A stretch of DNA of 36,452 nt from a bacterium (GCA_030431385.1 JAUIJJ010000001.1:1-36452); one strand, 5' to 3'. Positions 25,780 through 34,749 are shown, counted from the stretch's first letter. Notes: generated from the sequence alone by a model not told the origin. Translations and numbers: made by a program.

Positions 25780-28700
25780 TTATCCAGGGATGATGATGCT
25801 GATTTGAAATGGTTCACGCACGTATTCGATCTCACCGGTTTCGTCGTCGAACTGCATGAAGAGATAGCGATAAGTCGCATCCTGAACGTGCCCAGAATCA
25901 CGATCTATAAAGAATAGATCAAAGTCCATCGTTGACGGGTTTTCGATATACTCAAAAAACGCGTCGTCCAGTACCATGCCGTTTCTGTTGATCGACTCGA
26001 TTAGCGGCGAGACAGCGATCCATGGCTGGTTCGGTTTGTCAACACGCTGGCGCCAAACCATAAAGGGCATCGCCGGGGTTGTGTAGTAATCAATACCTGC
26101 CTCGGTGCCGCCTCCTTCCAATATCTGGAGGGCGACGCCGCGAAGCGCACCGGATACGATGATTCTGCTAGGAGTGTAATCAATCACAGGAGGCAGTGGA
26201 CGCGCGTTCCATCGAAAATCCCCGGGGTCAGTCGCACCGTCGTTGAATGCCTTCGAAGCCCAAGTGAATGGTACGCGGTCGCTTTCCTTTGAAGCCCCAC
26301 TAATCGAAACCGCCTCGACGAAGACCTCGTAGTTGGTATTCTTATCTAGCGGATCGCCGTCACGATTTACTTCATCCACTGAGAGTGAAAACTCATTCAA
26401 TGTTTCGTCGTAGTTCAAATCGGCGATGCGGTATTCCTTGGGGCGCGCTTGCTTCTGGCCGTCGACCACAAAGTGAACAGCATAGTATTGAATGCCCGCT
26501 TTGGGCCCAATCCAATTCAAGGTAACGGACGGCGTCCCCAATCCGGTCGCGGTTGCGGAGATCAGCGTCGCGCTGGGAATCGTTCCCATATAGACGACAA
26601 TGGGCTGGAAGTATTGGGGCGAACCCAGATTGCCGTGCTTGTCGAGTGGGACGATTGAGTAACAAGCTTCCGTCGCGCTCTCTGGATGAAAGTTGTCCTT
26701 GAGAGCGAGCGAAACCCCGTCGCATGGAACCTCTTCAACCAACTCGTAGGTTTTGCAACCATCAACACTGCGGTAAAGGCGGTAACCCACTGCGTCGCCG
26801 TCGCAACCCATTGTAATCTGGAATGGTGCCATGTCGCCACCAGGGATCACTGGGACGAGACCCGGCCCTGTCTCATTCGGGCCGAGGGGGTCGCAGACCA
26901 AATCGTAGGAAGCAACTGTTGCCTCGAATCGATAGACCTGACGCGGGCTTCCGTCTTCCCAGAATGACGGAGGATCCACTGTAACAGTCGCCGTCGCGCC
27001 ATCCAAGGTCTCCGCGACGAATCGATAGGACGGAACGTCGTCCTGGTCCACGACGGATTCAAGTGGTTCCGCGTAGTAGGTAACCTGGTCGTTTGCAAGA
27101 AAATCGAACTCATAGAGTATACGCTCGAAAACAAGCTGGCCGTTTTGAGTGCGCTCGTAGAAGCGGCCCTTGGCGATAGACGGATGATCACGGCGGGCAG
27201 TCAGAAGCGGCGCCCATTCCGACTCGCGCGTGTCTGCCTGATCGACGACATTTCCAAATGCCCGAATCACGGGCCGTGAAATGCAAAACTCCGTGATACG
27301 CCCGGGAGCGGGGCCAACAACATCATCCAGTACGCCGTATACTGCTGGAGAAAGCGCGCTTTCGTTTCCGTGCTCATCGAGCGCCGAGACCGAATACCAA
27401 AACCCGGTACCCAACGCGGCGGAGTTCGGTTCGTAGTCCGCGTGATTCACCTTCGGAGCATCCGGAACGGCAGGCGCAGGAACTGTCGCGATCAAACCCT
27501 CAGTCAGACCATTAACATCAGAGAAGGGCCCTTTCTTAGCGGCATTCCCGTAGTTCTGATAGCGGTAAACCTTGTAGGCAACGGCGTCAGGTCCGAGATT
27601 GTCCCACATGACGGAAAGGTAAGGAACGTGGTCGGTGTCTTGAGCGGCAACTACGAAGACGCCCTTTACCATATCGGGTTCGACCGTGTCTCGGACGACT
27701 GCGACCACCGGGTTGCTAGGAAGCCCTTCGTTGCCGAGTAGGTCACGCGCAACTGCCCAGTAAGTACACGTATCACCCACTGTTAGGAGATCATCCTCAT
27801 CGAGCGTCTCTAGCCAGTCACCATCATCTGCATAGATGTATGTTTGATCAGGGTCTTCGTCCTCGATTGGGGAAGGTTCGAGAATGGGAACGCGGTTGAG
27901 CCGTACTAGCTCATTCTTCACCGTGTCGAAATCTTCGCCCGCTTCCAATCCGCGTGCGAGTTTGTAGATATTGAATCCGAAGGAGATCGTTGAAAACTCG
28001 ATCGCAGACTCTGCGACTTCCCAGTTCAGGTAGACGCGACGGTTCGCAGCCCGAGCTGGCGTGACGCCGTCGCGGCCCCGGAGGAACACCTCCTGAAGAT
28101 TTACAGGCGCTGGCAGTTGCACGACGTTCTGTACATCGACAGTGATCTGCCCTAGTGCATCCACTGGGTTGCCGGCGTTGTCACCTTGCCAAAGCTCATA
28201 AACGTAAGGCCCACTAGCGGGGTCGACGAAGTCGAGGTAACCGAGGCCCTCGACGAGTGCGAACCCATAGTTTGATTGAATCATGAAGGTGTGTTGCGCG
28301 CCCTTCGCGTCGGCGTTGTCCTCACCATCCAATGCGGCGATGACGCGTTGCGCGAACTCGTCCTGTGTGGCTGAGGGCGATCCGTGAATGCGAACGAAGT
28401 ATTCCTCAGCGGCATTGAGCGCGCGCTCCTCGCCAGGACGGTAGAAGATGCTCTTGATGAGTGTCGCGCTCCGAGTTCGTGATACGACGGAGACTTTCTC
28501 GCGATTGTTTGCGCCGTCCGTGCGGAAGATGACCGCGTTGGTCAGGTCTACTACGCCATCAAGTGTATCCCAGCGGAGCAAGACTCGCCGCCCCCAATCC
28601 TCATCGCCGCCCACGACTCCAGTAAAGTATACTGGAATGAGACTCGGTTGTGTCTGCGCCTGAAGTGCGGCTCCACCGGTCACGAGCGAAAACGCAACCG

Positions 28701-28806
28701 TGAGCACAGCGATAAGGAGTCGGCATTTTCCACCGATGTGTCCTGGTTTCGGGTAGCTGAAGCTCGCCCGATCTGAGCTATAAGTGTCCAAGTTATTCGT
28801 CTCCAT
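25780..28806 (-). CDS. large secreted protein (1008 aa) with several Fn3-like beta-sandwich modules; second gene of the giant-protein operon
   Basis: The hydrophobic signal-like segment is CRLLIAVLTVAFSLVTGGAALQA/QT. Fn3-type end-of-domain signatures recur: YWAVARDLLGNEGLPSNPV, WYSVSALDEHGNESALSPAV, YSIVPLDKHGNLGSPQ, YEVFVEAVSISGASKESDRV. Matching Y-x-hYR strands also recur: YKVYRYQ, YRLYRSV, FNIYKLA. The start lies 6 nt after the upstream stop, with AGGAA overlapping that stop. Confidence 0.85.
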   Translation of the reverse strand: METNNLDTYSSDRASFSYPKPGHIGGKCRLLIAVLTVAFSLVTGGAALQAQTQPSLIPVYFTGVVGGDEDWGRRVLLRWDTLDGVVDLTNAVIFRTDGANNREKVSVVSRTRSATLIKSIFYRPGEERALNAAEEYFVRIHGSPSATQDEFAQRVIAALDGEDNADAKGAQHTFMIQSNYGFALVEGLGYLDFVDPASGPYVYELWQGDNAGNPVDALGQITVDVQNVVQLPAPVNLQEVFLRGRDGVTPARAANRRVYLNWEVAESAIEFSTISFGFNIYKLARGLEAGEDFDTVKNELVRLNRVPILEPSPIEDEDPDQTYIYADDGDWLETLDEDDLLTVGDTCTYWAVARDLLGNEGLPSNPVVAVVRDTVEPDMVKGVFVVAAQDTDHVPYLSVMWDNLGPDAVAYKVYRYQNYGNAAKKGPFSDVNGLTEGLIATVPAPAVPDAPKVNHADYEPNSAALGTGFWYSVSALDEHGNESALSPAVYGVLDDVVGPAPGRITEFCISRPVIRAFGNVVDQADTRESEWAPLLTARRDHPSIAKGRFYERTQNGQLVFERILYEFDFLANDQVTYYAEPLESVVDQDDVPSYRFVAETLDGATATVTVDPPSFWEDGSPRQVYRFEATVASYDLVCDPLGPNETGPGLVPVIPGGDMAPFQITMGCDGDAVGYRLYRSVDGCKTYELVEEVPCDGVSLALKDNFHPESATEACYSIVPLDKHGNLGSPQYFQPIVVYMGTIPSATLISATATGLGTPSVTLNWIGPKAGIQYYAVHFVVDGQKQARPKEYRIADLNYDETLNEFSLSVDEVNRDGDPLDKNTNYEVFVEAVSISGASKESDRVPFTWASKAFNDGATDPGDFRWNARPLPPVIDYTPSRIIVSGALRGVALQILEGGGTEAGIDYYTTPAMPFMVWRQRVDKPNQPWIAVSPLIESINRNGMVLDDAFFEYIENPSTMDFDLFFIDRDSGHVQDATYRYLFMQFDDETGEIEYVREPFQISIIIPG

Positions 28807-28812
28807 AGTTTC

Positions 28813-31800
28813 CTACAACTTGCACTGCGCGCTGTGATCGACTGACCAGCCGTTTTTGTAAGTGGCCTCCAACCAGAGAACACAGGTCGCGCACCACTTG
28901 TCGGCCCAAACGTCGTCGACGTTAAACCATTCCTCCGGTTCACAGAACCCGATTCCACCAGCAACCCAACCGGTACCCCGGAAGAAGTAACCACCAGCTT
29001 CCTTGCCACCGATGAGCACCAGTTTCCCGCGTACGCTCACGAGGCACAGTCCCTCACCGTAAACGCCAGCGGTTAGCTTGCCGCCGTAGGACGGGCCTTC
29101 GACAAAGTACCAGAAACCCGCACCGGCGGTGGCACCAACACGAAGCAAGCAACTGTAATCGACAATTGGAATCGCTGCCTCACCGAATGAATAAATGCCG
29201 GTGATGACCTGTTGCGTAAACAAGCCACCAACCTCGGGGTCGATTGCCTCGAGAATCTCGACTCCACTACAAGTTCTCCCGAGGAAGATTCCGCCTCGCA
29301 TGCTGACTTGATTGAAAACAATACCACCAGAGAACGCGATGTAGTTCTCGTTCAACCCCACACCGGCAGCGAACGACGGTGAGAGCACCTTGACCGCCTC
29401 GAAATCCAAGCTGCCCGATGTCTCGATCAGGCCTGCGATATCTGATACGAAGAACGGGTCATCAGGAGCGTTCTGATTCAAGCGCAGCATCAGCGCGATT
29501 TGGTCAGCGCGGAGTTTAGAACGCGGGAACCTGAGTGGGATGTCGTACACTGCGATCTTAACCTTGATCGACTCAGCCCCTGCGGGCGTTCCGCACACTG
29601 CGCCGTTGGAGTTGTTCTTGAACCTCTCCATGTCCAGCGATCCCATGAAAGAGAAATCCTCATCGGGAATCTTCAAACTGAAGTCAGCGTCTACGTGTAG
29701 CCGGTCGAGGGACTCACCACCGAAAACCGCGTAGCCACTCAGTTTTGCAGCGGCGACACCAGTCACGTCGTTGATCGGCTTTGTGATATCATCAAGCGCA
29801 CCACCGACGAGATCGATGTACGCTTTCACCTGATTGTTGAGCGAATCGAAGAAACCATTCAGAATGTTCTGAATCTGCATCTTGAGCGGCTCGAAGATTT
29901 GCGCCACAATTTGGTTCACTGCCTGGAAGAAGAACGCGTTATAGATCGTATTAACAACTCGCGTGTTGACCATCTCTGGGTCGAGATTACGAACAGATGC
30001 TGCGTTGTTTTTGAGTTCGTCGATCAGATTGTTGAGCTCTGTCCTGACCTCAGCCATTGCATCAACGAATTCTGCACCGTCGACAAGGTCTTGAATTTCT
30101 GGGATGGTACCGAGATTATCAAGTTCTGTGCGCAGCATTTCCAGCTGGGGTTTTAGCTGCCCGTTAATGAGTTCCGTGATGATGTATTGCCGGGCGGCTT
30201 CCACATCGCCCAGAACCTGCTGGACACCGGTCGGGTCAGCGCCGGCAAGTTCAATGAGAGCGACAAGAATGTCTTCGACGGCCGCAGGATCAAGAGTCTC
30301 AATTTTGGACTCGACGTTTTCGAGAGCGGTCAGAACCTCATCGATCTTTCCGATAATCGGGCCAGTGTCACTATCCAGTTCGTTCTTTAGAAAGTTTTCC
30401 AACAATCCAATGCGGTTGTTGATCAGCGTTTCGATTGCGGTGATTTCCCCTGCGTTCAGCGCGCCTTCTGCATTCATTGCTGCTGAGCGAATCTGGTTCA
30501 CCATATCGGTAACGGTCGGGCGTGTTAAGTCCTCCATGCCTCCGCGAATGGCCTGACCAAGACTGCCTGACAGTGCGCCGTTCACAGAATTCATGTTATC
30601 CTTGATAGGCATCATGAGCGCCTGAAGCGCAGGGTCCGCGAGGTCTTCCAACAAGGAGCTCACATTGATCGCCGGAATACCAAACTCGGCGGCGAACAAG
30701 ACTTCCGTATCAGACTTTGTGATACCGCGGACGCTCGAATTGATTTCGAGGACGACGAGGTCTCGGCCTTCTTCCTCGCCAGCCGCAGTGGCAAATCGCC
30801 GCGAAACGTTGTTGTACTTTACACGATAATCGAGCGGGATCACGTTGGCGAAGCTCGCCTTCACGAGGGGCCGAAGATCTTCCTCTTCGAGGTATTCTGC
30901 AACAGTTGAAATCCCCGCAGGGAACCCGTTGCGGTCTGGGTCGATGTCGACAATCGGCGATTGGGCATAGGGGCGACCATCGAAGACCTGCGGGATCACT
31001 CCAGTATCATAGAGAGCAACCACTGGAGTCGCGCCCCAGAATGGCAGCTTCATATCACCAACGACGACAGTTTTGCCGTTGATACCCATGCCGCCGTCCC
31101 ATGCCGAGTAGTACATCTTGCGCATGGTGAATGGCCAGCTTTGGAGAGCGTTGCCAGCTTCCGCTGCGATCTCGTTATCAATGATATCGCCATCGCCTGC
31201 AAAGTTGGTATCGACCAAAAGCGCCTTTTGTAGCTCGGGAACGGAGTTGGAGCTTTGGGTCCAAAGCGTTCGCAGCGGCGTGCCGCAACTCGAGGCCACC
31301 GGATCGCCCATTCCATTGAGGACATCGCGGAATTCCATACCTCGGAACTTGAACGAACGATTCCAATAGGCAAGGGTGTTTTCGAACGTCTCGATCTTTG
31401 CCGTACCCGGGCTGCCGCACGAGTCCAATTCCATCGAGTTGAAGTCGAAACTCACGTCGGACGGAAATGGCAGATCAAGAGTACCGTCGATCGCGCTATC
31501 CTGCCATTGTTTGTTATCTAACAGGGTGATGTTGAACTTGGTGAGGCTCGTTTCGTACTGACCGTAAAGCATCAGCGGGGGAAGGTTAGTGATTGACGCC
31601 TGCGAGGCATCGAGACACCCGCTAACACCACCGCCGCGGACATAAATTTTTGTTCCCGGAGATGCGCTGAATGGTGCGTTCTCGCAAGCCATGAGTACGC
31701 TAAAATCCGTGCCGGTCAATTCGCCTTGATCGAATGTCAAACCAGCGTAGTTACCAAAGCCCTCAGTGTACTCCTGTTCAGGGAAAGTAACAAACACCAG

Positions 31801-32949
31801 ATCGTGAGTACCAGCAGCGATTCGACCAGCGAGTAGGTAGGTACTCGGTAGCAGGTTTTCGAGGTCCGACTCGCCAGCGGTCTTCACACCGGGAACATAC
31901 ACAACGCCATCGGCATCGATAGGTCCAATTTCGTAGGCATCGAATTCCAGATCGATATCAGAAGCCATGGAGGCATCCGGGGCACCAAGCAGTGCCCAGT
32001 CGTCGGCGAGCTCGAAGGTCACTGGCCCCGTTGTGAATGATCGCTGAGCGGCTCCAGCGTCGCATGGGTCGCTGGCGTAAGTGACTCGCACGCCGCCGTC
32101 CGCTTCGACAGTCGCGCTGGAGATCGAGTTGTCGCTGTAATCAATCGTCCAATCCACATCGCGCAGCTCGTGTCCATAGGGGAAGGCCATGTCGTAGTTC
32201 GCGTTGGGCGCGATCTGGTGCGCTTGAAACTGCAATCCGGTGGGAGTCACGATCGCGTGAGTGTCCATCCCGGCTTGCATCATCCAGCCAGAATTGGTCG
32301 GTCGCGGGCCGGGCGCGGCATTGAATTCTACGAGAAAGTCGTGCTCCATAATGGAGGAAGTCAGAGTAAACCCGACGGCATCGCTAAACGTGGCGACGCC
32401 GAGCACATTGATCGAGAAGGGCTCGTTTTCGACCTTTATCCGGTCGAGCACGCCGGGGAGGGGGATCTCGTCACGTATTCCAGCGTTTTGGCCAAGGAAC
32501 ACCTGACCCAGATCATAAGTCCCTTCAGAGAAGAAAAAATCCGAGTCATCCTCTTTGTAGAGGAGACCATCGGGGAGGACGACATCAACGGAAGCCAAAC
32601 ACCCCGAGGGAGTCAGCACGACGCCGGAAGATTCGAACGACCAGTTTGATCCAGGGGCCTGATAAGGCTGTGGGAAAGTGAGACCGACGTTTCCAGCGCT
32701 GACGACCAATACTGTATCATTCAGAGGCGAAACCGAGAGAGGGCCGACCGGCAAGTTCGAGATCGGTCCCCAACTGATGACACCGTTGAACGTGCCCCCG
32801 GGGGCCGTTCCTGATTCAATGTCAGTCTCGATGGTTCCGAACCGCAAGATCGTTTGGCTGATTCCCGCCTGAGTGCCGAGGGGGACGAGGCAGAGGGCAA
32901 ACAGGCAATACAGTACCAGTGCGCATGAGTGGCGCCGAGAAGAGTCCAT
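28813..32949 (-). CDS. giant secreted hypothetical protein (1378 aa); first gene of the giant-protein operon
   Basis: The longest ORF in the window starts at an ATG. The signal-like N-terminus is MDSSRRHSCALVLYCLFALCLVPLGTQA/GI. The protein is tripartite: beta-type Gly/Pro/aromatic-rich (aa ~30-760), helical (aa ~765-1065), then a Gly/aromatic/Cys-containing C-terminal region. No catalytic or named domain recognised. Confidence 0.85.
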   Translation of the reverse strand: MDSSRRHSCALVLYCLFALCLVPLGTQAGISQTILRFGTIETDIESGTAPGGTFNGVISWGPISNLPVGPLSVSPLNDTVLVVSAGNVGLTFPQPYQAPGSNWSFESSGVVLTPSGCLASVDVVLPDGLLYKEDDSDFFFSEGTYDLGQVFLGQNAGIRDEIPLPGVLDRIKVENEPFSINVLGVATFSDAVGFTLTSSIMEHDFLVEFNAAPGPRPTNSGWMMQAGMDTHAIVTPTGLQFQAHQIAPNANYDMAFPYGHELRDVDWTIDYSDNSISSATVEADGGVRVTYASDPCDAGAAQRSFTTGPVTFELADDWALLGAPDASMASDIDLEFDAYEIGPIDADGVVYVPGVKTAGESDLENLLPSTYLLAGRIAAGTHDLVFVTFPEQEYTEGFGNYAGLTFDQGELTGTDFSVLMACENAPFSASPGTKIYVRGGGVSGCLDASQASITNLPPLMLYGQYETSLTKFNITLLDNKQWQDSAIDGTLDLPFPSDVSFDFNSMELDSCGSPGTAKIETFENTLAYWNRSFKFRGMEFRDVLNGMGDPVASSCGTPLRTLWTQSSNSVPELQKALLVDTNFAGDGDIIDNEIAAEAGNALQSWPFTMRKMYYSAWDGGMGINGKTVVVGDMKLPFWGATPVVALYDTGVIPQVFDGRPYAQSPIVDIDPDRNGFPAGISTVAEYLEEEDLRPLVKASFANVIPLDYRVKYNNVSRRFATAAGEEEGRDLVVLEINSSVRGITKSDTEVLFAAEFGIPAINVSSLLEDLADPALQALMMPIKDNMNSVNGALSGSLGQAIRGGMEDLTRPTVTDMVNQIRSAAMNAEGALNAGEITAIETLINNRIGLLENFLKNELDSDTGPIIGKIDEVLTALENVESKIETLDPAAVEDILVALIELAGADPTGVQQVLGDVEAARQYIITELINGQLKPQLEMLRTELDNLGTIPEIQDLVDGAEFVDAMAEVRTELNNLIDELKNNAASVRNLDPEMVNTRVVNTIYNAFFFQAVNQIVAQIFEPLKMQIQNILNGFFDSLNNQVKAYIDLVGGALDDITKPINDVTGVAAAKLSGYAVFGGESLDRLHVDADFSLKIPDEDFSFMGSLDMERFKNNSNGAVCGTPAGAESIKVKIAVYDIPLRFPRSKLRADQIALMLRLNQNAPDDPFFVSDIAGLIETSGSLDFEAVKVLSPSFAAGVGLNENYIAFSGGIVFNQVSMRGGIFLGRTCSGVEILEAIDPEVGGLFTQQVITGIYSFGEAAIPIVDYSCLLRVGATAGAGFWYFVEGPSYGGKLTAGVYGEGLCLVSVRGKLVLIGGKEAGGYFFRGTGWVAGGIGFCEPEEWFNVDDVWADKWCATCVLWLEATYKNGWSVDHSAQCKL

Positions 32950-33206
32950 GGGTGCTTCACCAATATCCTAGTTGGGCGGAGTGACCCGCGTTGTGTTCCA
33001 AGGATGCTATGTTAAGGTTGATTGAATTGTGGTGCGGGCGAAACCGCCTGTCAACTCAATCCCGCAGATTTTGTTTCACGCACCAACAAAATTGTGGCGC
33101 AACGTGGCGCGCTGCTTTTCCTTAAGCGAGTCCGATTGCGCTGCGGCTTTGGAGCGGTGCACAGTCCTCTCTGATTTGGCGATTCTTCGGCGTCGAGGAG
33201 ACGGAC
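32950..33206. promoter_or_regulatory. divergent intergenic region between the giant-protein operon (-) and the PLP-enzyme gene (+), containing an 8-bp inverted repeat
   Basis: 257 bp separate two divergently oriented first genes, so both promoters should lie here. It contains ATTTTGTT-N9-AACAAAAT at 33068-33092. AGGAGA lies 7 nt upstream of the 33207 ATG. Confidence 0.45.
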
Positions 33207-34541
33207 ATGGGTAAGGACCACAGAAAGCACGCGCAGCCGCAGACTCATGTGATGGCGTCGGGCTACGACCCAATGCTAAGCGAGGGATCGGTGGTGCCGC
33301 CGGTTTTCCGCACCAGCACATTCGTGTTCAGGAACTGCGCCGAAGGAAAGCGCGCCTTCGAGCTTGCCTACGGCCTCGACCCTGCCCTGCCGGGCGAAGT
33401 CTCGCCGCTCATCTACACACGAGTTAACAACCCAAACGTCGAGATTGTCGAAGACCGCGTGACCGCCTGGGACGCGACCGATAACGGCGTGCTTTTTTCT
33501 TCCGGTATGGGGGCGATTTCGTGTACCTGCTTCGGGTTGCTCAATCCCGGGGATAGCCTGCTCTTCGCCGACCCGGTTTACGGCGGCACGGAGTATCTCT
33601 TCCGCCACGTCCTGCCCAAGTTCGGCATGGAGACCGCCACCTTCCCCGCTGGCGCCACGGAGGAGGAGATCATAGAAATCGCCTCGGGAATGAAGAATCT
33701 CAAGATGATCTTCACCGAGACCTGCGCCAACCCCACGATCATTTTGACCGATACGCGGGCGGTGCGAAACGTCGCCGACAAAATTGGTGAGTCCGGCCCG
33801 CGCCCCATCGTCGCCGTGGACAACACCTTCCTCGGCCCGATCTTCTGCTCGCCGATCAAGCACGGTGCCGATCTGGTGATCTATTCGGCGACGAAGTACA
33901 TCGGCGGACACAGCGATCTGGTCGCGGGGCTGGTGCTCGGTCCCACCGAGTTGACCGCCGGGCTGAAGGCAGTCCGTACAATCTTCGGAGCCTGCCCGGA
34001 GCCGGATACGGCATGGCTGATTGGTCGCTCGCTCGGAACGCTGAAGCTCCGCATGACGACTCAGGCCGAGTCGGCCCGCCTCATTGCCGACTTCCTCGAA
34101 AACGACGCGCGGGTCGAGCGCGTCCTCTACCCCGGCCACGCTTCAATGAGCGAAGATCAGCGGCGCATCTTCGAGGAACAGTGCTCCGGAGCGGCGGCGG
34201 TGATCTCATTTCACGTTCAGGGCGGCAGGGAACAGGCCTACGCGCTGTTGGACAACCTTCAGATTTTCAGCCTCGCCGTTAGCCTCGGCGGCATCGAGTC
34301 GCTGGCCGAGCATCCCTTCTCAATGACCCACGCTGAGATGACCAACGAGCTCAAGATGGCAGCCGGGATCACGCCGAACATGGTGCGAATCAGTGTGGGA
34401 CTCGAAGACACCGACGATCTGATCAACGACCTGCGCCGAGCGCTCGATGCCATGGAAGCGGGTGCGCCATCAAGCTACGCACAGACCACCCAATCCAGTG
34501 TCGACATCCCCACAGCGGCTGTGACAGGCGATTCAGCATAA
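33207..34541 (+). CDS. Cys/Met-metabolism PLP-dependent enzyme (cystathionine gamma-synthase / beta-lyase / methionine gamma-lyase family)
   Basis: Family signatures: PPVFRTSTFVF, YTRVNNPN, VDNTFLGP, and YSATKYIGGHSDLVAG (PLP-Lys in the SxTK context). Substrate specificity cannot be assigned by eye. Confidence 0.9.
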   Translation: MGKDHRKHAQPQTHVMASGYDPMLSEGSVVPPVFRTSTFVFRNCAEGKRAFELAYGLDPALPGEVSPLIYTRVNNPNVEIVEDRVTAWDATDNGVLFSSGMGAISCTCFGLLNPGDSLLFADPVYGGTEYLFRHVLPKFGMETATFPAGATEEEIIEIASGMKNLKMIFTETCANPTIILTDTRAVRNVADKIGESGPRPIVAVDNTFLGPIFCSPIKHGADLVIYSATKYIGGHSDLVAGLVLGPTELTAGLKAVRTIFGACPEPDTAWLIGRSLGTLKLRMTTQAESARLIADFLENDARVERVLYPGHASMSEDQRRIFEEQCSGAAAVISFHVQGGREQAYALLDNLQIFSLAVSLGGIESLAEHPFSMTHAEMTNELKMAAGITPNMVRISVGLEDTDDLINDLRRALDAMEAGAPSSYAQTTQSSVDIPTAAVTGDSA

Positions 34542-34749
34542 GCGGCTAACCCGGATTCTCCTCTACTTGCGGGGGATCAGGGCTTGACGATGACCGGTGC
34601 CTATACCGTTCTTGTCCCCCGTTCTCCGGACACTTCGGCGAATAGTGGCCCCATTTTTACCCTTCCGGACCAAACTTGACGGCCATTTCGCCTATCCTCA
34701 TTAGTCCGGTATTCTCAACAAAACCCCGCGAGGACCCCTCTTCGTTACT

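Noticed and set aside
23551-32949. tRNA-Ser-flanked genomic island or integrative element carrying the giant-protein operon
   Set aside because: There is no integrase, excisionase or transposase gene. I found no direct repeat of the tRNA 3' end at the far border; only a 7-nt CCTCTCT match occurs near 33166. The operon is convergent with the tRNA rather than inserted at its 3' end in the usual arrangement.
33276-34139. 287-aa minus-strand ORF
   Set aside because: It is antisense to the Cys/Met-metabolism PLP enzyme, which carries the SATKYIGGH lysine motif. It has no motif or RBS of its own.
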